The notes under the pieces were generated by a model. It had not been told where the DNA came from and made no database searches. It saw only the letters and a list, made by a program, of their open reading frames with translations. Shown piece by piece: positions 5,986 to 15,393 of a DNA stretch of 26,720 bases (position 1 is its first letter; each line of letters begins with the position of its first letter). Origin of the DNA: an uncultured bacterium (GTDB lineage: Bacteria; Omnitrophota; Gorgyraeia; Gorgyraeales; Gorgyraeaceae); the NCBI GenBank assembly GCA_937884195.1, contig CALGDN010000140.1, forward strand, positions 1 to 26,720, written 5' to 3'. A program made the translations under genes and the position numbers.

Positions 5986-7833
5986 ATGGAGCATAATCTA
6001 AAGAGAGAATTAGGGTTATTGGATATATTTTGTGTGGCTACCGGGGCCATGATAAGTTCAGGTCTCTTTATCCTACCGGGCATTGCCTTTAGCAGGGTTG
6101 GACCCGCAGTTATCCTTTCCTATATCCTCGCCGGTATCTTATGCATCCCTACATTAATGAGTAATGCGGAGTTGATTACCGCGATGCCCAAGGCAGGCGG
6201 AGATTATTTTTATATAATGCGGGGTTTTGGGCCACTCTTAGGAACGCTGGCCGGGTTTAGCTCCTGGTTTTCTCTGAGTCTGAAAGGCGCCTTTGCCCTG
6301 GTAGGTATGGGGGCATATTTGAGTCTAGTAACCAGCCTCCCTATAAATGTTATTGCCATAGTCTGCTGCTTGATTTTTATTATCCTGAATCTCCTGGGTG
6401 TAAAAGAAGCAGGCAGGTTTCAGGTATTTTTGGTAATAGGCCTCATTGCTATACTTTTGCTTTATGTGATCTGGGGTTCAGGTTCCCTCAGGCCTATACA
6501 TTTTCAGCCGTTTTTTGAAAAGGGTATAGCATCGGTCTTTGCGACGGCAAGTTTCGTATTTATATCCTATGGCGGCTTAACCAAGATAGCGGCGTTGGCG
6601 GAAGAAACTAAAAATCCAGGGAGGAATTTGCCGCTAGGCATGATACTTTCTATTATAGTCACCTCTCTTATTTACGCTTTAGTTATTTTTGTAACCATAG
6701 GTGTTTTGGAACCGGGACGCCTCAGGGTAACCCTGATGCCTATATCGGAAGGGGCAGGGGCCTTTGGGGGAGACCGTTTAAGGATCTTAATAAGCATAGC
6801 TGCGCTCCTGGCATTTATTTCGACAGCGAATTCAGCTGTTATGACCGCCTCCAGGTATCCGCTTGGCATGAGCAAGGATAGACTTTTGCCAGGCTATTTC
6901 CAGAAGATAAGTTCGCGTTCAAAAACTCCTTATGTCTCTATCTTGTTTACCGGATTTTTTATGATCCTGGCCCTGGTATTCTTAAGGCTGGAGATATTGG
7001 TCAAGGTCGCCTCAAGTATATTAATCTTACTTTTTATATTTGCCAACCTTACTCTAATCTTATTCAGGGAGAGCAAAATCCTGAGTTATAGGCCTAAGTT
7101 CCACTCGCCTTTCTATCCCTATCTGCAAGTGATAGGGATACTGGGGGGGATATTTCTTTTGATTGAGATGGGGACATTTATAGTTTTCCTGACCATGGTT
7201 TTTCTCCTGGGCGGATTTACATGGTATAAGATATACGGTCAGAAAAGGGCGAGTCAGGATTCAGCACTTATATATATGTTGGAAAGATTGGTGGCCAGAG
7301 ACAGGGAATTTACCTCTGATAATCTGTTGGTAGAGCTTAAGGATATAGTTATCCAGAGAGATATGGTTAAGAAGGATAGGTTTTATAGGTTAATTGAAGA
7401 GGCGAAGGTCTTGGATCTGGAAAGGCCCTTAAGGATGGAGGATTTGTTTAGAGAGATCTCGACTATCCTGGGGGAAGAGTTAAGATTAGAACCCCGGATT
7501 TTATTCTCAGGATTTGTAGAGAGGGAGATAGAATCCAGCACCGTGCTTAGAAAGGGTCTCGCCATACCCCATATCGTTGTGGAAGGGAAGAATTCTTTTA
7601 AGATCCTACTGGTGAGGGCCCGTTCGGGGATTATCTTCCCGGGAGATAAACTGGCTCATATCATATTTATCCTTGTAGGTTCTCATGATGAAAGGAATCT
7701 CCACCTCAGGGTCCTGGCGGCCATAGCCCAGATTACACAAAACCCTGAATTCGACAAGAAATGGTTTGAGGCTCGGAATGCAGATGAGCTGAAAAACATC
7801 GTTCTCCTGACCGAGCGCCACCGTTTCCATTAG
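5986..7833 (+). CDS. APC-family amino acid permease fused to a C-terminal PTS EIIA (Fru/Mtl/Ntr-type) domain
   Basis: GAMISSGLFILPG TM1 motif, multiple hydrophobic helices, LAEETKNPGRNLP, and a C-terminal GLAIPH phospho-His motif. Confidence 0.9.
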   Translation: MEHNLKRELGLLDIFCVATGAMISSGLFILPGIAFSRVGPAVILSYILAGILCIPTLMSNAELITAMPKAGGDYFYIMRGFGPLLGTLAGFSSWFSLSLKGAFALVGMGAYLSLVTSLPINVIAIVCCLIFIILNLLGVKEAGRFQVFLVIGLIAILLLYVIWGSGSLRPIHFQPFFEKGIASVFATASFVFISYGGLTKIAALAEETKNPGRNLPLGMILSIIVTSLIYALVIFVTIGVLEPGRLRVTLMPISEGAGAFGGDRLRILISIAALLAFISTANSAVMTASRYPLGMSKDRLLPGYFQKISSRSKTPYVSILFTGFFMILALVFLRLEILVKVASSILILLFIFANLTLILFRESKILSYRPKFHSPFYPYLQVIGILGGIFLLIEMGTFIVFLTMVFLLGGFTWYKIYGQKRASQDSALIYMLERLVARDREFTSDNLLVELKDIVIQRDMVKKDRFYRLIEEAKVLDLERPLRMEDLFREISTILGEELRLEPRILFSGFVEREIESSTVLRKGLAIPHIVVEGKNSFKILLVRARSGIIFPGDKLAHIIFILVGSHDERNLHLRVLAAIAQITQNPEFDKKWFEARNADELKNIVLLTERHRFH

Positions 7834-7837
7834 CACT

Positions 7838-7877
7838 AACTTTACGCTTTTCCGACACGCATACAAGGTGTAAAGTT
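7838..7877. terminator. Possible bidirectional hairpin between convergent genes
   Basis: AACTTTACGC(7838-7847)/GTGTAAAGTT(7868-7877), one G.U pair, 20-nt loop. It fills the gap between two convergent stop codons. Confidence 0.3.
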
Positions 7878-7878
7878 T

Positions 7879-9774
7879 TTAGCTGCGGAGTTGGCGTTCT
7901 GCGTCGATGATATCCCTGTTTATGATATATATAGCCTTTTTTACCCTGTCCTTTAATGCCGTAGAGGCGGGCGTATCGAGTATTTCTCGCAGTATCTGAA
8001 CCGCCATCCTAAACTGCCTTATTATCTCTCCTTCATCCGCATCCGTATAACGCATGAGCCTGTCAAACTCCTCTTTTTTAAACCATGCCTCAACACAGGG
8101 CGAGAGATGATAATAATAGACCTTACTCAGTGGTTTGATGCCGAATCTTTTTTCAAGTCTCTGGATCTTGCCGAGCGTATTATCTGTAATGCTTGACAGG
8201 TTTCTGGCTGACCTGCTCAATCTTGGCAGGATGCTTCCTTTCCTGGGTTCAAATACAAGGGCAGTAGATAATATCCCGAGTTCAATTGCAGAGAGCCTTT
8301 CTAAGACACCTTTTTCGTAAAGCTCAGAGAGAGAAAGTTCATACCCGTAGACATTAGAAGCGAATATCCCTTTGTCGGTAAGCCTGTTTTTTCTTATATG
8401 GCCGAGTTCTTTAAGGATCTTTACCTTGTTGTGTAAAAGCTCAATCGCCTTTTTCCTTAGTTGTTTTTTTGCCTGGAAGTAATGAAACGATAATGGATAT
8501 ACCTCATACAGCCTTTCCTGGTATCTCTCATAGAGATTGAGTATGGTTGCATACGAGGCATTAAATCTGCTCCTGACCTTTTCCGGGGGGTCGTGGATTA
8601 TTCTATGTAATTCAGGAAAAGAGACATAATGGGGGTTTACCCTGCTGTATACAAAGCCCTCTCTGTCTATTCCGCGGCGCCCGGCCCTGCCTGCCATCTG
8701 GTAGAAGTCTCGTGTCTTGAGCGTAGCAAAGGAGGTGCCGTAAAACTTCCTCAACTCATCAAATATAACGGTTCTAGCGGGCATGTTTATGCCTAGCGCA
8801 AATGTCTCTGTCGTAAATATAACCTTGATCAACCTGCTTGTAAAGAGTCGCTCCACCACCTCTTTCAGCGTCGGAAGCATGCCTGCATGGTGATAAGCTG
8901 TCCCTCTCTCAACGAGAGGGATGAGAGACTGCGCGCTTCTGTCATTAACGAGGTCAAATCTTTTACAGAGCTTATTATAAAGGTCTCTTATCTTAGTCTT
9001 TTCTCCCTGATCCAAGAAATCAAATCTTAGCATTTCGTTTGCCAGGTATTCTGCTCTTTTTCGCCCGAATACAAAGTATATACAGGGGAGCTTATGGTTT
9101 TGGAAAAGATGTTTTATGAGTGATGAGGGTCTGTTGGGAGACCCGTGGCGTCGAAAACCATGTCTTTTATAGGCAATAAAATTAACCTTATGGAGGTCGT
9201 CCATGATATCTCCCTTCACCTGATAGAAAAAATGTAGAGGCACAGGGCGGTTGTTCTCTTTTATTATCCTGAGCGGGATTTTATGTATCGAGCGTAACCA
9301 GGAGGATATCTCGTCTATATTAGGTATAGTAGCCGAAAGTGCCAGCACCTTCATATGCGGGGGCAGGAATATAAAGGATTCCTCCCATACGGTCCCCCGT
9401 TCATAGTCATCAAGGTAATGGACCTCGTCAAAGATTATCCATGAGTAGCTGTTCAGATTGTCACTTTGCTCCAATACCTTATTGCGGAATATCTCTGTGG
9501 TCATTATGAGGATGGGGGCAGACGGATTGATGCTTACATCGCCGGTCAGGATGCCTACCTTTTCAGGGAAGTTCTCATGAAAATCGCGGAATTTCTGGTT
9601 TGAGAGGGCCTTTATGGGAGCGGTATAGATTACTCTTTTTTCTTTCTGAAGGCAATCCTTTATGATGTATTCTGCAATAATGGTTTTCCCTGCCCCTGTA
9701 GGTGCTGAGACTATAACAGAATAGCCGTCTTTAATGTAGTCAATAGCCTGTTTCTGAAAGGCGTCATATATCAT
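7879..9774 (-). CDS. Ski2/HelY-like DExH-box helicase (SF2) with DSHCT-like C-terminus
   Basis: APTGAGKT, YTAPIKALSNQK, DEVH, LSAT, HHAGMLP, TETFALGINMPA, QMAGRAGRRG. Start moved to ATG 9774 (MIYDAFQKQA) because the upstream extension runs into a repeat element. Confidence 0.9.
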   Translation of the reverse strand: MIYDAFQKQAIDYIKDGYSVIVSAPTGAGKTIIAEYIIKDCLQKEKRVIYTAPIKALSNQKFRDFHENFPEKVGILTGDVSINPSAPILIMTTEIFRNKVLEQSDNLNSYSWIIFDEVHYLDDYERGTVWEESFIFLPPHMKVLALSATIPNIDEISSWLRSIHKIPLRIIKENNRPVPLHFFYQVKGDIMDDLHKVNFIAYKRHGFRRHGSPNRPSSLIKHLFQNHKLPCIYFVFGRKRAEYLANEMLRFDFLDQGEKTKIRDLYNKLCKRFDLVNDRSAQSLIPLVERGTAYHHAGMLPTLKEVVERLFTSRLIKVIFTTETFALGINMPARTVIFDELRKFYGTSFATLKTRDFYQMAGRAGRRGIDREGFVYSRVNPHYVSFPELHRIIHDPPEKVRSRFNASYATILNLYERYQERLYEVYPLSFHYFQAKKQLRKKAIELLHNKVKILKELGHIRKNRLTDKGIFASNVYGYELSLSELYEKGVLERLSAIELGILSTALVFEPRKGSILPRLSRSARNLSSITDNTLGKIQRLEKRFGIKPLSKVYYYHLSPCVEAWFKKEEFDRLMRYTDADEGEIIRQFRMAVQILREILDTPASTALKDRVKKAIYIINRDIIDAERQLRS

Positions 9775-9860
9775 ATAAGCATTGTATACGATTAAAGCCG
9801 GAAAGTTAAGTAACTTTATAGTTTGAGGCGTATTATTTGTATAGTGTAACAGTGGTGCCC

Positions 9861-10019
9861 TTTCTCTCTCAGAGGCCCTCAAGAAGACGCTCGGCCAGGG
9901 TTGGTCTTTTGTAGATGTGGGCCTCGCTCCGTTTTATTTTGACAGGCAATCTTTTCAGTAGTTCATGATCTTCGGTTCCGCAAAATAAAGAGGCTTCTCG
10001 AGGGCCTCTGAGAGAGAAA
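9861..10019. repeat. 159-bp fold-back element: 26-bp arms around a core homologous to the 5700-5977 element
   Basis: TTTCTCTCTCAGAGGCCCTCAAGAAG (9861-9886) versus 9994-10019, 25/26 match. The core shares TGGGCCTC, TTTTATTTTGACAGGCA and CGCAAAATAAAGA with 5784-5893. Confidence 0.8.
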
Positions 10020-10075
10020 AGACGAGTGTATTTTCTGTTTGCAGTTTTCAGAAAAATAGAATTTAGAATTTGGAG

Positions 10076-12517
10076 TTAAGCTAGATAGATGTTTATCGTA
10101 GTCTCAGTGGATCTTGAGGTAAGTTTGAGAAAAACTCTTCTTTTGAGAGGGTTCTCAGGAATAATTTTACCATTGATATCAATTTTATGGATCTTGTATT
10201 TTCCATAGTCTAATTTTTTCGGATTTAAGTAATTTAAGACAATCCTTCTTCCTGCAAAATATGTATGGAGCGATATCCTGCCTGACCTTCCAAATTGTTC
10301 CTTGGCCAACTTTGGCTCGATCAAGAAATCCCCCATCTCGCCGCGTATGCCAAAGACCTGGGTTAGCACTGTAAGTATAAGCCAGCTTGCCGAACCCGTG
10401 AGATAGTGATACATTCCCCTGCCCTCAGAATTGAAATATTCGGGGATCCCCGGGAAGATCTTGCTTCTCTCTGTATTGATGCACATCCTGTAAATCGAAT
10501 CCAGCACTTCAAACCCTTCTCTGGCAAATCCTCTTTTATATAAGGCGTAGGCGAACATCACGTTCATATGATTGAAGAAGGAGCCATTTTCTTTTTCGCC
10601 ATAGGCGAAACCAAAGGCCCTTCCCATCTCAGGGTAGGGTCCGCCGAAGTCGGTATTGAGCCTGAAACCGCGTAATCTTTTGTCCCAGAGATATCTCTTT
10701 GCGCTCTTATAGATTGCCTTGATCTGTTTTTCTGTGGCGACTCCACTCATGATAGGAAAGACTTGCCCTGAGAGTGTCATACGCACGCCATTTTTATGTT
10801 CGCCTTCAACACGATTTGCTTTGTTGTCGTAATATCCATTAAAGAACCCATGGCCTGATTTTGTGATAAGCCATTCATCGTTACGTATATGTTCTGACAT
10901 GCGTTTGGATTTTTGGCGAAGCTCTTTTATAATACCTCTCATCTTAGGGGGGCGAGAGATTTTTTCCAGTAGGTTAGAAAGTTCTATGAGATTACCTGCA
11001 TACGCAGCTGTAAATGTTACGCTTTCGCCCTTTTCCCCTGCCATATCGAGGCTGTCATTCCAATCAGCCCCTTCAAGCAGAAAGTTTCCATGGCCGCCTA
11101 TCTTTGTAAACGGACGTTTGTGTTCACGTAAGATATGCTCAAGAACGGTGCCTCCGATCTTGCTCTCAAAATACGGCGCTTTTTTGAATAGTATAGCCTT
11201 GTCACCTGTCTGATTGATATAGAGATTTAGTGCTATAAATGGCCAGAGGCCATGGTCCATCCATACGCGGCTGATGTTATTTCTGTCAGATATAAATTTA
11301 CCCTGTTTTTTCCCGATTATTGTGGCATTTGAACCGTCTCTACGGACTCCGCCAAGATTGTTGAGCAGGGTATTACGTAGACGATGTGGATTTGTCAAGA
11401 GTAAGGTAAGACAGTCTTGCCACAGGTCTCTCCAGCCCCTGCCTCCGCGGCCATAGTCAAAATCCGGCAGGAATGAACAGCCGAATAGCTTACGGAGGGC
11501 CGGCTGAAGCGTTACCCACTTAAACCACCTGTCATAGTCTTTGTTTTCACTGGCAAGATGGATTAAATCTGCCCTTTCCCTCCAGAAGGTTTTATTTGAA
11601 GACAGGGAGGCATCTATTTTTTTCGGGGAGTTAAACCTTTCGAATAGCTTTTTTGGTTTCATTTTTTCGGCTATCCCTATAACGATGATATATTTTTTAG
11701 ACTTACCGGGATCGAGATATACATCCCTGAATCTTATTGCACCTATTGCTTCTTTACCCTGCATTAAGATGGTGGTTTTTGTTTTTGGGGGTAGATTTTT
11801 TAATACGGCTTCTGGTTTATCAAGGTTACCTCCTTCGCCGCTGAATTCGGGAATAGTAGGGAAGGCGCCTAAAGGCGGGTTGCCGTAAGCATCACAGCCG
11901 AATACAAAATATGAGGTAGTGTTTATCTTGTGTCCGCGTTCGTCAAATATCATGCTGGGGGTCAATATTACGCCGTATTTATTTATCCTGACACGATTAA
12001 AGAGTGCACTTGCATGCCTGTGGTCCCGTAGTCTCTCTGCGGAACGACCATAGATCGGTATGGCCGCAGTAGGACCTATAGAGAGTTTATTTTTAGAGAT
12101 ATTCGTCAATTCGACTGTCATCAGCTCGACAGTCTCGTTACCTACAGGTATAAAATTAATAAATTCTGCCTTGAGGCCAAGGCGCTTATTGACCCGTATT
12201 AGCTTATGATATAACATGCCTCCTTTTACTAGAGATCCGTCTGTCTCGCCTGATGCAGCTGACCATGCGCTATTACCTTTGACATAGACCCAGAGATTGC
12301 GGTTGTATCTGGAATTACGCAGGTCTTCAGTAGAGACAGGAGGCATAAGGAATTTGCCCTGGTCTATTTTTATATCGCCGCACAGGGCAGGGGTAATAGA
12401 AGAGAGAAGGCCTTTTTCATTTGCGAGCGGAAAGTACAGCCGGCTTATTTTATGCGGGTTTTTAGCTACGAAGGTGCCGTCATCATCTACAAATTTCCAT
12501 AGTGTGTTTTCGGGCAT
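10076..12517 (-). CDS. GH94-family glycoside phosphorylase (cellobiose/laminaribiose phosphorylase-like)
   Basis: DYGRGGRGWRDLWQD, GADWND catalytic motif, KENGSFFNHM, PEYF, TGSASW. 813 aa. Confidence 0.85.
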   Translation of the reverse strand: MPENTLWKFVDDDGTFVAKNPHKISRLYFPLANEKGLLSSITPALCGDIKIDQGKFLMPPVSTEDLRNSRYNRNLWVYVKGNSAWSAASGETDGSLVKGGMLYHKLIRVNKRLGLKAEFINFIPVGNETVELMTVELTNISKNKLSIGPTAAIPIYGRSAERLRDHRHASALFNRVRINKYGVILTPSMIFDERGHKINTTSYFVFGCDAYGNPPLGAFPTIPEFSGEGGNLDKPEAVLKNLPPKTKTTILMQGKEAIGAIRFRDVYLDPGKSKKYIIVIGIAEKMKPKKLFERFNSPKKIDASLSSNKTFWRERADLIHLASENKDYDRWFKWVTLQPALRKLFGCSFLPDFDYGRGGRGWRDLWQDCLTLLLTNPHRLRNTLLNNLGGVRRDGSNATIIGKKQGKFISDRNNISRVWMDHGLWPFIALNLYINQTGDKAILFKKAPYFESKIGGTVLEHILREHKRPFTKIGGHGNFLLEGADWNDSLDMAGEKGESVTFTAAYAGNLIELSNLLEKISRPPKMRGIIKELRQKSKRMSEHIRNDEWLITKSGHGFFNGYYDNKANRVEGEHKNGVRMTLSGQVFPIMSGVATEKQIKAIYKSAKRYLWDKRLRGFRLNTDFGGPYPEMGRAFGFAYGEKENGSFFNHMNVMFAYALYKRGFAREGFEVLDSIYRMCINTERSKIFPGIPEYFNSEGRGMYHYLTGSASWLILTVLTQVFGIRGEMGDFLIEPKLAKEQFGRSGRISLHTYFAGRRIVLNYLNPKKLDYGKYKIHKIDINGKIIPENPLKRRVFLKLTSRSTETTINIYLA

Positions 12518-12542
12518 ATTTAGGCTTCCGTGAATTCAGATA

Positions 12543-13037
12543 TTACCATTTTCCCCAGTGTATGACATCCTTTAGTTCTCTTTTTGCCTTTGGGGATTTG
12601 TCCTTTTTTGGATACCCAATCGAGATCATACTTACGAGTCTATAGCCTTTGGGCACATTAAATATCCTTCCTATCTTTTCCACATAATCTTTTTTGTCCC
12701 CTGCTACCCAACATCCCCCAAGCCCAAGGGCTTCTATTGCGAGAAGCATATTTTGTGTGGCAGCTGAACAATCTTCAAGATAATATTTTGTATCCTTTGA
12801 AAATACAGCTATTAGGCACGAGGCGTCTTTAATAAATGGGCCATTGGGGCATATATCGCATATCCTTTTCAATGTAGCATTTTCAGAGGTGACGATAAAT
12901 TCCCACGGTTGTTCGTTGCGGGCAGTCGTTGCGACGCGGCCGGCATCGATTATCTTTTCTAAAAGGTCTTTTTCAACCTGTTTGCCGGAGTATTCCCTTA
13001 TACTTTTACGTTGGCGTATAACATCAAAGAATTCCAT
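12543..13037 (-). CDS. Nitroreductase family protein
   Basis: RKSIREY, ARNEQPWEF, DCSAATQNMLLAIEALGLGGCW, IGYP. Confidence 0.92.
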   Translation of the reverse strand: MEFFDVIRQRKSIREYSGKQVEKDLLEKIIDAGRVATTARNEQPWEFIVTSENATLKRICDICPNGPFIKDASCLIAVFSKDTKYYLEDCSAATQNMLLAIEALGLGGCWVAGDKKDYVEKIGRIFNVPKGYRLVSMISIGYPKKDKSPKAKRELKDVIHWGKW

Positions 13038-13095
13038 ATCTACATCTACCCCCTTTGATAAACGGTTCCCGAGTCATTGAGACAATAATATAAAC

Positions 13096-13662
13096 TTAGA
13101 ATTTTACCTTTGGGACCTCCTTTGCGCCTTCTACGGCCTTAAAGTATATCCTGGGTTTATTCAGGCCTCTTAGGTTGCAAAAGATGCCTCCCATGATAGT
13201 CCTGCGGTAGGCGTTGAATGTCCTTACCGCATTATTATACCTCATCCTCTCGACAGCGATCCTATTTTCAGTGCCTTCCAACTGGGCCTGCAGGCTCAAG
13301 AAATTCTGGTTTGCCTTAAGTTCGGGATAATTTTCAACAACGAGAAGGAGACGCGACAGGGTCTTTGTCATGGCATTCGCTGTCTTTATCTTGGCCTGGG
13401 TAGAACCTGCCTTGGCCCATTGGCTCCTGAGTTCTGTTATACGTTCGAATGTGCCGCGTTCGTGCTGCATATAACCCTTTACAGTGCTTACCAGGTTCGG
13501 GATGAGGTCGTTTCTTCTCTGTAGCTGATTTTCTACCTGCGCCCACGAAGAATTTACCTGTTCATCTAAAAGGACAGGGGTATTCAGCCCATTTATGAAC
13601 CAGCTGCCTATCATGAAAATTACACCCAGGATAATAAGTAAGATAATCCAAATTTTTTTCAT
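13096..13662 (-). CDS. lemA: LemA family protein
   Basis: N-terminal TM helix, WAQVENQLQRRNDLIPNLV, VENYPELKANQNF, LEGTENRIAVERMRYN. Start at ATG 13662 after AAAGGAGG. Confidence 0.93.
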   Translation of the reverse strand: MKKIWIILLIILGVIFMIGSWFINGLNTPVLLDEQVNSSWAQVENQLQRRNDLIPNLVSTVKGYMQHERGTFERITELRSQWAKAGSTQAKIKTANAMTKTLSRLLLVVENYPELKANQNFLSLQAQLEGTENRIAVERMRYNNAVRTFNAYRRTIMGGIFCNLRGLNKPRIYFKAVEGAKEVPKVKF

Positions 13663-13756
13663 GTCTACGCCTCCTTTAATGAGCACTTGAGTTATGGAAA
13701 ATCTTTAATTTTTCATAACTCAATCTTCCATGTTTAACTTCTGTGAAGGTGCGAAT

Positions 13757-14548
13757 TTACCACCCCCCAGAGGCACCTCCGCCTCCGGAAAGGCCTCCGC
13801 CAAAACCTCCGAATCCCCCGCTGAAACCACCTGAGTTACCTCCGAATCCTCCGCCGTACCAATATCCACCACGCCTTCTATTCAAACCAGGTATCAATAA
13901 GAACCACCAGAAAAATCCTAATCTCAGGCTTAAGAACATTACGATAATAAAAAGAGTAAAGATGAAATTGATAATAGAGGCCGCGAGAGACGGCTTTTTA
14001 GGGATAGGGACATCAACAGCTAAATTATCCAGGCCAGGAAGTTCAGTGTTGTATTCTTTAGCTATTAATTTAGCAATGCCTACAGTACCTTTTGTAACCC
14101 CTGTATCAAATGCCCCTTTTTTAAATGAAGGAAGGATATATTGCTCTATGATGATCTTTGCAAGTGCATCCGGTATGGCACCCTCAAGGCCATAGCCGAC
14201 CTCTATGCGCATTTTTTTATCCTTCATCGCAATAAGAAGCAGGACGCCGTTATCCTTCCCCTTCTGTCCGATGCCCCATTTTTCAAAAAGCTTTACGGCG
14301 TATGTATTTATATCGAGAGGGCTTGTAGTATCTATGGTTACTATGGCTATCTGTGCGGTTGTTTTTCTTTCCAGTGCCCCTGCAAAAAGAGAAAGTTTGG
14401 ATTTTGTATCACGTGATAATATGTTGGCGTAGTCGTTTACGTATCCAGTGTAACGGGGGAACCGCTCGGTTTGAGAAAAGGAGCCGGACGCGGCTATAAG
14501 TTGTGCCGTCAGTAAAAAAATAGTAAAGTAGATTATCTTTTTTCTCAT
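13757..14548 (-). CDS. TPM-domain (YgcG-like) membrane protein with Gly-rich tail
   Basis: GYVNDYANIL, WGIGQKGKDNGVLLL, RIEVGYGLEGAIPD, one TM segment, and a C-terminal GGFSGGFGGFGGGLSGGGGASGGW. Confidence 0.92.
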   Translation of the reverse strand: MRKKIIYFTIFLLTAQLIAASGSFSQTERFPRYTGYVNDYANILSRDTKSKLSLFAGALERKTTAQIAIVTIDTTSPLDINTYAVKLFEKWGIGQKGKDNGVLLLIAMKDKKMRIEVGYGLEGAIPDALAKIIIEQYILPSFKKGAFDTGVTKGTVGIAKLIAKEYNTELPGLDNLAVDVPIPKKPSLAASIINFIFTLFIIVMFLSLRLGFFWWFLLIPGLNRRRGGYWYGGGFGGNSGGFSGGFGGFGGGLSGGGGASGGW

Positions 14549-15285
14549 AACTTATCTACTATTAATGCGAGATGTTTAATTTGATCGATGTATTTTTCAA
14601 AGGATATCTCTACGTCCTGCCCGGCTATTTTTTCGTCGTTCATCTTATCCTTCAGGATAGCTATAAAGACATTTTTATCGAGACCGTAAAGATCACCGAC
14701 AGTCGTAAGGATCACTTCTTTATGCACGTCAGGCCTTTGATCTTTGAGCCTGATTAAGGCCCTGAATATAGGCATCAGCGAATACATAGATTCTTTCATT
14801 AGCGCCTCCAGGCCCTTCCTTTTAAGCCCCACCTCCAGATAGGCCTCACGTATGCGGATGAGTTTACCCTTTATCTCGCGTTCACAGAATAATCTTATGT
14901 ACGTCTGGTCTATCTGCATATCGCTGAAGAGGTCCCTGCCGTAAAGGATCAGGTGGTTTTCCTTTATCTCCAGAAACTCTATCGGGAATACGTCCTTGGA
15001 TGTTTCGATATGGGAGAGGGAGAGGAATAGAGGCGCGGTTATCTTCTTGATGATACCCTGATTGATAAGTTTGAGAGAGGCCTTAAGCTGTTGAAATTCA
15101 AGGTCCTTGAATATCACCATAAGATTTATATCGGACTCTTTGGGTATATAGAACTCTCCTGTAGCGCTTCCATAGAGTATTATAGATATTATATTTTCCT
15201 TATGGATACCAAGAAGCCTTTTCAGATATGGTTCAATGGTTTTTCTTACATCCTGTCTTATATGATCCAGTTTTAAGCTTTCCAT
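14545..15285 (-). CDS. Nucleotidyltransferase-domain protein associated with LemA/TPM
   Basis: ILYGSA...SDINLMV, DVFPIEFLEIKE, ILYGRD. Start set to ATG 15285 after AGGGGTGA. Stop overlaps the TPM start. Confidence 0.8.
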   Translation of the reverse strand: MESLKLDHIRQDVRKTIEPYLKRLLGIHKENIISIILYGSATGEFYIPKESDINLMVIFKDLEFQQLKASLKLINQGIIKKITAPLFLSLSHIETSKDVFPIEFLEIKENHLILYGRDLFSDMQIDQTYIRLFCEREIKGKLIRIREAYLEVGLKRKGLEALMKESMYSLMPIFRALIRLKDQRPDVHKEVILTTVGDLYGLDKNVFIAILKDKMNDEKIAGQDVEISFEKYIDQIKHLALIVDKL

Positions 15286-15393
15286 GATGGTCACCCCTTT
15301 ATGGTTTTAACTATACTATCACGCCAGGAGACCAAAGGCAAGATTATAGTATCAGGGCAAATGTATTATTTGAATAGTTAACTTATATATAGC

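Noticed and set aside
9775-9882. 36-aa N-terminal extension of the helicase; likewise extended starts at 13686, 15294, 18728, 20913, 23076 and 26092
   Set aside because: The extensions run into repeats or upstream genes, or precede a better SD/-10-linked ATG where family homology begins.
13743-14195. Proline-rich 150-aa plus-strand ORF
   Set aside because: Antisense shadow of the Gly-rich tail (GGN codons) of the TPM protein.
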